From: Armatimonadota bacterium
GTDB taxonomy: Bacteria; Armatimonadota; SYMT01
NCBI GenBank assembly: GCA_046292385.1
Contig: JBKBRF010000008.1
Location: forward strand, 1-64,000
Length of the DNA: 64,000 nt
Reading direction: 5' to 3'
The stretch's first letter is position 1. Each line of letters starts with the position of its first letter. Below the pieces are notes generated by a model. The model saw only the letters and a list, made by a program, of their open reading frames with translations, searched no databases and was not told the DNA's origin. Shown here one piece after another: positions 56,529 through 64,000 of the stretch. Made by a program: the position numbers and the translations under genes.

Positions 56529-57887
56529 TCACCCCACGGCGACCATGTGGGCCTGGGTGCGAAAGACCAGCATCTCCGGGGCGATGGCGGGGGTGGCCAT
56601 GCAGACCTCGCCCATCGGGTTGACGGAGAGCAGCTCGAACTTCTCACCCGCCTTCACCACGTAGATGTCGCCGTCTTCGCTGGTGAAGTAGAGGCGCCCG
56701 TCCGCGGCGACCGGTGACGCGGTGAATCCCGTGCGGCCGGTGCCGAGGCGCTCCTGGTAGACGCGGGCGCCGGTGCGGGCCTCATAGCAGCTCAGCGCGC
56801 CGTTGTCCCGGCAGACGTAGAGGTGGTCGCCGTAGACGATCGGCGTCTGCATGTAGCCGCCCTCCCGGTGGGTGCTCCAGGCGACGTGCGCGTTGGTGGT
56901 CGCCCCTTCCGGCAGGGAGATGTCCCCCTTGGCGTCGAGGCGGATCGCGTAGATCGGCGCCATGCGGCCGTGGGCATTGGTGATGAAGATCAGGTCGTGC
57001 GCGACTACCGGCGTGGGGACCGGGATGTCGCCGCCGCCGGTCAGGCGCCAGAGCTCCGCGCCGGTCTTCAGGTCGTACCCGCCGATCTGCTTCCACCCGT
57101 TCACGATCACCTGGGTGCGCCCGTTGGCGGTGTGGACCGTCGGCGTGCCCCAGGTCGGCACGTCGTTCCGCGGGGTGCGCCACAACTCGCTGCCGTTCCG
57201 CACGTCGAGCGCGGCCACGAAGCCGCCTTTCTGCACGTCACACTGCACCACCACCACGCCGTCGTGGATCACCGGCGAGCTGGCGAAGCCCCACTGCGCG
57301 GCAGGAACCATGAAGTAGCCGGAGTCGAGGACGCCGAAGTCTTTCTTCCAGAGCAGCTTGCCGTCCGGCGCGTAGCAGTAGAGCCCCTCCGAGCCGAAGA
57401 AGGCGACGGCGTGCTTTCCGTCGGTCGCCATCGTGGGGTTCGCCTGCGTCGCCTTCGTGTGCCGCTTCACCTTCGGCACGCCTTCGTGCGCGGTCCGCTC
57501 CCAGAGCACCTTGCCGCTCTTGCGGTCGAGGCAGAAGACGAGCCAGCGGTGGACGGTGTCGTCCTCTACCGGCCGGATGTCGCCGTAGAGCCCGACCTTC
57601 AGCTCCGGGTTCTCCTTCCCGCTCACGGCGGAGGTGACGTAGACGCGGTCGCCCCACACCACCGGGCTGGAGTGCCCGAGGCCGCGGATCGGGGTCTTCC
57701 AGCGGACGCCGGTGCCCGCCGCGGCGTCCCACTTAAGCGGCAGTCCCCTGACCGGGGAGACACCGGAGGCGTTCGGGCCGCGGAACGAGGGCCAGTGGGC
57801 GGCGGCCGGCGCGGCGAGAGCGCCCCGCGCGAGCAGGAGCGCCGGCGGGGCGAGGAGCAGCTCCCGGCGAGAGAAGGAACGAGACAT
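56529..57887 (-). CDS. PQQ-binding-like beta-propeller protein, Tat-type signal
   Basis: SRRELL, WPSFRGPNASG, GHSSPVVWGD, repeated TG.ELW blades. Confidence 0.85.
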   Translation of the reverse strand: MSRSFSRRELLLAPPALLLARGALAAPAAAHWPSFRGPNASGVSPVRGLPLKWDAAAGTGVRWKTPIRGLGHSSPVVWGDRVYVTSAVSGKENPELKVGLYGDIRPVEDDTVHRWLVFCLDRKSGKVLWERTAHEGVPKVKRHTKATQANPTMATDGKHAVAFFGSEGLYCYAPDGKLLWKKDFGVLDSGYFMVPAAQWGFASSPVIHDGVVVVQCDVQKGGFVAALDVRNGSELWRTPRNDVPTWGTPTVHTANGRTQVIVNGWKQIGGYDLKTGAELWRLTGGGDIPVPTPVVAHDLIFITNAHGRMAPIYAIRLDAKGDISLPEGATTNAHVAWSTHREGGYMQTPIVYGDHLYVCRDNGALSCYEARTGARVYQERLGTGRTGFTASPVAADGRLYFTSEDGDIYVVKAGEKFELLSVNPMGEVCMATPAIAPEMLVFRTQAHMVAVG

Positions 57888-57929
57888 ACACGGATCCTCC
57901 GGCGGACGGTAGCCGCCGGAGCCCGGCGC

Positions 57930-58352
57930 TCACTCGTCCTGCTTATCGGGAGACTCGGCGGGCTGGAAGTCGATCGAGACGGAGTTGATGCAGTAGCGCT
58001 GCCCGGTGGGGCGCGGCCCGTCCTCGAAGACGTGGCCCAGGTGCCCGCCGCAGCGGGCGCAGGTGACCTCCGTCCGGCGCATCCCGAAGCTCAGGTCTTC
58101 GTGGAGATCGATCTTCTCCGGATCGACCACGTCCCAGAAGCTGGGCCAGCCGCAGCCGGAATCGAATTTCTCGCTCGACGTGAACAGCTCCTGCCCGCAG
58201 CCGGCACAGGCATAAACGCCGTTGCCCTTGTGGTTCCAGTACTTCCCGGTGAACGGCCGCTCCGTCCCTTTCTCCCGCAGGACGTGGTACTCCATCGGGT
58301 CGAGCTCGCGCCGCCACTCCTCTTCCGACTTCCGGATCTTTTCGGTGCTCAT
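57930..58352 (-). CDS. msrB: peptide-methionine (R)-S-oxide reductase
   Basis: GTERPF, KFDSGCGWPSF, HLGHVFEDGP, RYCINS, two CxxC. Confidence 0.97.
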   Translation of the reverse strand: MSTEKIRKSEEEWRRELDPMEYHVLREKGTERPFTGKYWNHKGNGVYACAGCGQELFTSSEKFDSGCGWPSFWDVVDPEKIDLHEDLSFGMRRTEVTCARCGGHLGHVFEDGPRPTGQRYCINSVSIDFQPAESPDKQDE

Positions 58353-58469
58353 ACCGTCATCTTACCCGAGCCGGCGGTCGATCGGACGCGGCGGAGGACC
58401 GAACGCACGGCGGAATCCTGCTATTCCGGCGCCGGGACGGTGGTATACACAGAAGCGAGGAGAACTTCG

Positions 58470-59942
58470 ATGCCGATCCTGATCTCGACCCGCCGCGGCC
58501 TCTACCTGGTAGAAGGCGACGACGTGCTCGCCTCGCTGGAGGAGGAGCGGGAGTTCCTGGCGCTCGCCGCCGCTCCCTCCGCGCCCGGCCTGTGCTACTC
58601 GGCGACCGCCGACGGGCAGGTCTACCGCTCCGGAGACGGCGGCGGTACCTGGGAGGCGGTAGGCGCCATTCCGGAGTACGTGGAGCTCTCCTCTCTCGCC
58701 GTCTCCCCGGAGGACCCGCACCACCTGCTCGCCGGAATGGAGCCGGCCGCCCTCTTCCGCAGCTCCGACGGCGGCCTCACCTGGAATGAGGACTCGGTGA
58801 TCCGCGGGATGTCGGAGACGAACGGGTGGTCGGTGCCGTGGAGCGAGGCCCTGGGGCACGTGCGGAACATCGCCGTCGACCCGCGGGAGCCGCGCCGGAT
58901 CTACCTCGCCATCGAAGTCGGCGGCGTGGTGCGTACCGAGGACGACGGCGCCACCTGGGAGAACGTGCGCGGCGGTATCCACGACGACGTCCACATGGTC
59001 GCCGTTGATCCGAGCGCCTTCGCGGGCGATTTTTCGCCGGAGACCGCGGCTGCGCTGCCGGACGTGCTGCTCCAGGGCAAGGTGATCACTCCGGAGCAGC
59101 TGGCGCGCGTCCGAGAGATCTCCGAGCGTGAGGGCACTCCAATCACGGATGTTCTCATCCGGCAAGGGGTAGAGCCGTTCGTGATCCTCCAGGCCACCGC
59201 GTTCCTCCACAACATGAAGGCGGTCGATCTGAAGCAGCATGCACCAGCGGAGGACGCTCTCGAGGAGATTTCTCCGGAAGTGGCGCGGCGCGAGCGTGTG
59301 GTTCCGATCCGAAGGGCGGGACAGGGCGACCACGAACAACTCATCTGTGCGGTGGACAGCCCCAATAAGTCTCTCGCCTGGCAGAATTTGCAGTGCCGGA
59401 GTCGCTTCTGGAAGGTGGGCGCGGTGCTAGCCTGGCCGGAGCAGATCAGCGAGATGCTGGACCGCTACTATCCGGCGCCCGCCGGCGAATCTGGGTCAGG
59501 CCCTCGCGACACTGGCTCGCCTCGCCTCTACGCTGCCACGCGGCACGGGTTCGGGATCAGCGAGGACTACGGGCGCTCCTGGCGGCGCGTCGACGGGTTC
59601 GAGGGACAGGGATACTCCCGGATGCTGGCGCTCCACCCGGGCCGGCCCGGGCGCGTCTTCGCGGCGGCGGCGACCGCCGGCCCGTCCAGCTTCAGCCGCC
59701 CTACCGGCGCCGAATGCGGGATCTTCCGTTCCGACGACGGCGGCGAGACCTGGGCGCATCTTTCCAACGGCATCCCGGCCTATTTCCGCGCCTACGTCGA
59801 CGCCATCGGCATCGACCCCGCCGATCCGGACCACGTGGCGCTTGGCGACGGCGAGGGGAACGTGTATGTCAGCCGGGACGGGGGTGGGAGCTGGCGGGAG
59901 ACGTTGAGTTTGCCGCCGATCCGGCGGTTGTTGATGCTTTGA
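58470..59942 (+). CDS. BNR/Asp-box (sialidase/VPS10-like) beta-propeller with an internal MshEN/T2SSE_N-like domain
   Basis: GAGGAG RBS; multiple (S/T)xDGGxTW Asp-boxes; ~165-aa insert resembling the GspE/PilB N-terminal domain. Confidence 0.8.
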   Translation: MPILISTRRGLYLVEGDDVLASLEEEREFLALAAAPSAPGLCYSATADGQVYRSGDGGGTWEAVGAIPEYVELSSLAVSPEDPHHLLAGMEPAALFRSSDGGLTWNEDSVIRGMSETNGWSVPWSEALGHVRNIAVDPREPRRIYLAIEVGGVVRTEDDGATWENVRGGIHDDVHMVAVDPSAFAGDFSPETAAALPDVLLQGKVITPEQLARVREISEREGTPITDVLIRQGVEPFVILQATAFLHNMKAVDLKQHAPAEDALEEISPEVARRERVVPIRRAGQGDHEQLICAVDSPNKSLAWQNLQCRSRFWKVGAVLAWPEQISEMLDRYYPAPAGESGSGPRDTGSPRLYAATRHGFGISEDYGRSWRRVDGFEGQGYSRMLALHPGRPGRVFAAAATAGPSSFSRPTGAECGIFRSDDGGETWAHLSNGIPAYFRAYVDAIGIDPADPDHVALGDGEGNVYVSRDGGGSWRETLSLPPIRRLLML

Positions 59943-60005
59943 CGAGCTTTCAGTTGGGTCCGGTCCGGCTCTTGGATGCCCTACTCTCTTTTCGGGGAGG
60001 GCATC

Positions 60006-60607
60006 TCGCCGAGAATTCACCCCGTGCCCTCACCACCCGGAGCGGCCCTCCCGCGAGAATGGCCCTCCGCTGCCCTTTCACGCTCCGGCTTCGCCTCCGC
60101 TAGCGGGCGCTGCGGGCGTGCTGCCCAGAGCGTGCGCTTCGCGTCCGTCGGCTGCGGGTTGAGACAGCGCTGCGATTTACGGGCCACTCCGGGCGGCTCA
60201 AGCAGCCACCCCTATCGCCCGCAAGCGGGCACCCGGGGGTGGCCACAGGTGGAGCCTTCCGCCGCTGCCTACGGCAGCGCGTCCAGGCTCCTTCGGTAGC
60301 GTGAGCGAAGGCCTATCCCGTGGCGTTCGGAGGCGGAGCCGCAGGCTCTGCCGGAGGGCGGCAATTGTGACCACCCCTGGAGTGGCAGGGGTGGTAGCTC
60401 GACGGCGGCCGATTCAGCCCGTGAACTGGGCCTCTGTCACGGTAGCGCGCAGTGGCGCGGGAAGAGCGCAGCAGTACGCACTCCCGGAGCGGCCTGCTAG
60501 CGGAGGCGCAGCCGGAGCGTGAAAAGGCCGGCGGAGGGCACTCGCCGCGGGTGGGCTGAAGCGGCCGACTAGGGCTCGGGGTCGGGCCGCGGAATCGACG
60601 CTGCCTC
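60006..60607 (+). repeat. element B' copy
   Basis: Co-linear with 35908-36492; between convergent genes; ends approximate. Confidence 0.7.
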
Positions 60608-60708
60608 GCGGGAGCCATCAAGACTCCGAACTAATCACCCACCGTAGAGAACCGCGCCGGACTGAATGCCGTGAGTCCACACGGCCGGCCGCGAGCAAAT
60701 CCGAAGAC

Positions 60709-61029
60709 CTACTCCTCCTCATCCTCATCCGGCTCCACATTGCCGGAATCAGTGTAGGAGCTGATCTCCTCTCCGCGGAACACCGTCACCACGAAGTCTT
60801 CGCGGTCGAAGTGCGGCAGGTACGACGACACGATGTCGTCATCGATCTGCGTCAGCAGCTCTTCTTCGGAGGTCACGGAGAGGTCCGCTTCGAGGATCAT
60901 CGTGGCGTAGACCGTCTCGCCCTGGTAGTGCAGGTCGAGCTGCCCCACCCGGTTCTCCTCTTCCCAGATCATGTAGATCTCGGACGACTTCGTGCGAACC
61001 ACCCGGGTGAAGCGAAACCGTGCTTCCAT
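60709..61029 (-). CDS. hypothetical acidic protein (106 aa)
   Basis: AAGGA RBS; MEARFRFTRVVRTKSSEIY...; normal codon bias. Confidence 0.75.
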   Translation of the reverse strand: MEARFRFTRVVRTKSSEIYMIWEEENRVGQLDLHYQGETVYATMILEADLSVTSEEELLTQIDDDIVSSYLPHFDREDFVVTVFRGEEISSYTDSGNVEPDEDEEE

Positions 61030-61133
61030 GCGCCGTTCCTTTGTCCGAACCTCAATGCCGCCCCGCGGGCCGTCCCGGAGGCGAAGAGCCAGTGTACCGC
61101 GCCCCCGCGGCGCCGCGAATGCCCGGTGGAGTG

Positions 61134-61529
61134 CTACAGCTCGGTCTGGATGAGCTGGTAGCCCGTGGGCACGCGCACGTGTTCGACCGGCACCAGCCGG
61201 TCCGGGCGCACGGTGTAGTACGTCACCACCGTTACGAGCATATTCTGCGCCGTTTTCCCGTCTCGTGTCACGAGGCGCGGCTCCCGCGTGGCGACCACGA
61301 AGTGCATCGGGTCGAGCGGCTGCACGGAGATCGGCTGCGGCTCCACCGCCGCCGGCTGCGGCGGGTTCGTCACGCTCACGGTGGGCCCCGAAAGCGTCCC
61401 CACGCCGCCGATCGGCGGACCGAGCTGCTGCGCGGACGCCGGCCGCGCCGACCAGGCGACAAAACCGGCCGAGGCCGCGAGAGCGCCTGCGAGGGCGGCG
61501 GCGAGAAGCGGGAGGGAGCCGGACTTCAT
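61134..61529 (-). CDS. hypothetical exported protein
   Basis: GGAGG RBS; signal peptide/TM; Pro-rich linker then beta-rich domain. Confidence 0.7.
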   Translation of the reverse strand: MKSGSLPLLAAALAGALAASAGFVAWSARPASAQQLGPPIGGVGTLSGPTVSVTNPPQPAAVEPQPISVQPLDPMHFVVATREPRLVTRDGKTAQNMLVTVVTYYTVRPDRLVPVEHVRVPTGYQLIQTEL

Positions 61530-61775
61530 GGAGGGCCTCCAACGGTGAGGACTTCCGGCATGCGCCGGAGGGTTCCGAACATGCTAGCACGCGGCCGGCT
61601 TCGGGTCAATCCTGCCCTCTCTTGCACTGCAAGCGAGGTCGCAGCCTCGTCCGGTCGGCGTGCTCTATGTAAAGAGGTCGGTCGCCGCGGCGGGTGTCTT
61701 CCGCCGATAGGCAGGAGCAAGCCTCTTCGTCACGGGGGTTCGGAAGTCCGCACTCCGCCCTCTGCACTCCGTCCT

Positions 61776-62834
61776 TCAGCGCAGCAGTTCGAGTGCCCGG
61801 TCGGCGTTGCGCACTGCCTGCGCGCGGAGGTGCTCGGCGCGGGCTTCGCGGTCCTGGCGGCGGCGCTCGTCCTCTTCCAGGTAGGCCTCCAGCACCCGGC
61901 GCAGGTGGTCGGGATCGAGCTGGCCCGCGGTGCCGACTTTCGGCGCGCGGAGGCGGCCGAGGAGGGCGTCGACCTTCGGATCGTAGCTGATCCCGGCGAC
62001 GGGGACGGAGCGCGCGGCGGCGAAGATGAGGGCGTGGAGGCGCATGGCGACCACCGCGTCGGTCCACCCGGCGAGCGCCATCCACTCGCCGGGGCTCAGC
62101 GTCTCCCGCATCACCTGCATGCTCGGCAGGCGGCTCGCCAGCGCCTCGCACACCGGCAGGTCCTCCGCGCCGTAGAGCGGCCAGGCGTGCAGCGCCACCT
62201 CCCCCTCGAACCGGCCGAGCGCCGTTGCCAGCGGGTCGAGGATCCGCTCCACTCCCTCCCACGGGCGCAGAGAGACGGCGATGACGGGCCGGTGGAGCGC
62301 GGCGGCGGTCACGCGCTCGGTCACCTGCGGCTCCAGCGCGAAGACCGGGTCGGCGGTCACCTCCACCGACGGTCCCCGCACCCCGATCTCCTGGAGCAGC
62401 TCCGCGGAATCGGCGTCGCGGACGGTGATCGCGTCGACTCGCGAGAGCGTCTCGGCGGTCCAGCGGCGCGCGGCGGGGCGAACCAGCGGCCCGATCCCCT
62501 GGGCGAAGACCATCGTCCGCTTGCCCCAGAGCTTCGCCAGGCGGATCAGGAAGAGGTAGTAGATCAGTGACTTCAGGCTGGTGCGATCCTGCAGCAGGCT
62601 CCCGCCGCCGCTCAGGAACAGGCTGCACCGGCGGACGGCCGCCAGCGCCGCCGGGCTCATCCGCGGGGCCGCCTCGATGCCGAGAGCGTGGCGGGTTCCC
62701 GCCGGGTCCCCGCTCAGCGCTTCGAGGGTGAGGTCGGGCCGCCGCCCCCGCAGCATCCCCACGCTGGCGGCCAGCACCGCCTCGTCACCGGCATTTCCCA
62801 GCCCGTAATAGCCCGAAAAGAGGATTCGCCTCAT
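61776..62834 (-). CDS. csaB: polysaccharide pyruvyl transferase
   Basis: SGYYGLGNAGDEAVL, SGGGSLLQDRTS, AQGIGP, VRD, MRLHALI, SYDPKV. Confidence 0.93.
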   Translation of the reverse strand: MRRILFSGYYGLGNAGDEAVLAASVGMLRGRRPDLTLEALSGDPAGTRHALGIEAAPRMSPAALAAVRRCSLFLSGGGSLLQDRTSLKSLIYYLFLIRLAKLWGKRTMVFAQGIGPLVRPAARRWTAETLSRVDAITVRDADSAELLQEIGVRGPSVEVTADPVFALEPQVTERVTAAALHRPVIAVSLRPWEGVERILDPLATALGRFEGEVALHAWPLYGAEDLPVCEALASRLPSMQVMRETLSPGEWMALAGWTDAVVAMRLHALIFAAARSVPVAGISYDPKVDALLGRLRAPKVGTAGQLDPDHLRRVLEAYLEEDERRRQDREARAEHLRAQAVRNADRALELLR

Positions 62835-62888
62835 CCACTCCCGCCCGTACTCTGCGTTTAGTTCGCGCTTCTTATGCTGTCGAATGGA

Positions 62889-62972
62889 AGAGTGGGCGAG
62901 ACGGAGAGTGGGGGAAACCGCTCGCGGTGGGTTCGAATCCCCCACTCGCCCACTCCCCCTTGCACCCACTCC
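62889..62972. repeat. short-unit palindrome (GAGTGGG / CCCACTC)
   Basis: GAGTGGGCGAG..GAGTGGGGGA ... TCCCCCACTCGCCCACTC. Confidence 0.5.
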
Positions 62973-63014
62973 AATCCGGAAGAAGTAATTCCACGCGGCA
63001 AGAGCGCGGCCCGG

Positions 63015-64000
63015 CTAGCGCCGGAGCGCTCCCGCCCAGGGCCGCACCGGCGCGGAGAGCCACTGCCACACCACGACGAGCAGGATCCCGAGCAGGCCGC
63101 CGGTCCAGAGCCCGTTGAGCGTCCGGAGCAGCGTTACCTTCAGTGGGGAGTGGAGATGGCAGAACGAGTTGAGCATGCCGACCTGTCCGATGATCCCCAC
63201 CAGCAGCAGCGGGAGCGCCCAGAGCCGCCACTGGGGCCGCGCCGCCATCGCCAGGGAGAGCAGCAGCGCCGGGTGTCCGATCAGGAACTCCTTGGTGCGC
63301 GGGCGCACCCCCACCACGCGGTCGAGCAGCGAGCGGAACCGCAGCTCCAGCTCGGAGACGCCGACGCCCGGATCGTTGCCGGAGCGCGCGAGCAGCAGCG
63401 CCAGCGCCACGATACCGACCAGGATCGCCACCGCGTGCCAGACGCGGACCGGCTCGGAGAAGAAGCCGCGGAGTCGCGCGGTGACGCTCCGTCCCTCTTC
63501 CGAGAGCGAGGGGTAGAGACCGGTAAGGCCGGTCAGGTAGATCGCGCCGACCAGCAGCAGCGGGAGGGCGGTCGCCGCCTTGATGCCGACGAACTGCTCC
63601 GTCTTCACCAGGTAGGAGAGCTCGGAGAGCTGTGCGGCGACCATCAGCGCGCCGACCAGCGTCACCAGGGAGATGGCGGCGAACTCCGCCACGGCGGGCA
63701 CCACCGCCTCCGTCCGCTCTCGCACCGCCGCGTGCTCGTGCTCCTCGAACGCTCCCAGCGGCTGCGGGAAGAGCACGAAGGCGAGGGTCGGGAAGACAAT
63801 CGCCCCGGTCAGCGCCATCAGCTCCGGGCCGAGGTGGACCGGAGCGGCGCCCAGGGCCGCCCCGCCGAGTCCGAGCAGCGCCGCCGCGACCGCCTGCTGC
63901 GTCCGGGAGAGGACGAACACGCCGGCCAGCAGCAGCGCCGCGCCGGCCGCGATCCCGAGGCCAATCAGGCCGCCGAAGAGGGCGCGGAGGCCGGCGCTCT
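63015..64000 (-). CDS. DUF5693 family membrane protein, 3' part (5' end beyond window)
   Basis: F.GIK, RSGN, ELRFR..L....GVRPRTKEFLIGHP, NSFCHLHSP; usual neighbour of csaB. Confidence 0.85.
   Translation of the reverse strand, partial: SAGLRALFGGLIGLGIAAGAALLLAGVFVLSRTQQAVAAALLGLGGAALGAAPVHLGPELMALTGAIVFPTLAFVLFPQPLGAFEEHEHAAVRERTEAVVPAVAEFAAISLVTLVGALMVAAQLSELSYLVKTEQFVGIKAATALPLLLVGAIYLTGLTGLYPSLSEEGRSVTARLRGFFSEPVRVWHAVAILVGIVALALLLARSGNDPGVGVSELELRFRSLLDRVVGVRPRTKEFLIGHPALLLSLAMAARPQWRLWALPLLLVGIIGQVGMLNSFCHLHSPLKVTLLRTLNGLWTGGLLGILLVVVWQWLSAPVRPWAGALRR

Noticed and set aside
57930..58352. msrB as a second selenoprotein
   Set aside because: The catalytic position is an ordinary Cys (RYCINS); no in-frame UGA.
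62925..62950. GGTTCGAATCCC, resembling a tRNA T-loop (checked as a possible tRNA-Sec)
   Set aside because: T-stem is mismatched; no acceptor stem, D-arm or anticodon arm can be built; it lies inside a GAGTGGG/CCCACTC palindrome.

Overview
High-GC bacterial chromosomal segment. The gene content (DUF1501, several PQQ/SBBP/HAF beta-propellers, csaB+DUF5693, NamZ fusion) suggests Armatimonadota or a similar lineage; this is inference only. The left end holds the tandem promoters and boxA leader of an rRNA operon running off the window on the minus strand. About 45 mostly housekeeping, envelope or stress CDSs follow (pyrG, aroA, ppsA, pfkA, msrB, csaB, FKBP, GH3, ActP-like and others). Best finding: a minus-strand three-gene cassette at 20602-22605 that the ORF track breaks up. 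It encodes (i) a Cys-rich exported leader ending in the RAPP ribosome-arrest motif, (ii) an exported heavy-metal-associated (HMA) domain protein whose CxxC metal-binding motif is written with two in-frame UGA codons (GAT-U-AT-U, a putative double-selenocysteine UxxU site with a SECIS-like hairpin), and (iii) a His-rich outer-membrane beta-barrel. Second: about 8 copies of a non-coding, nested-palindromic element (~0.8 kb when complete) that is bounded by ACAG direct repeats, inserts at CACAGA inside other repeats, and shows an inverted core in one copy. Also seen: an MshEN-like domain inserted in a BNR propeller, SigB-type promoters, an MFS gene lacking a canonical start, and many small REP-like families.
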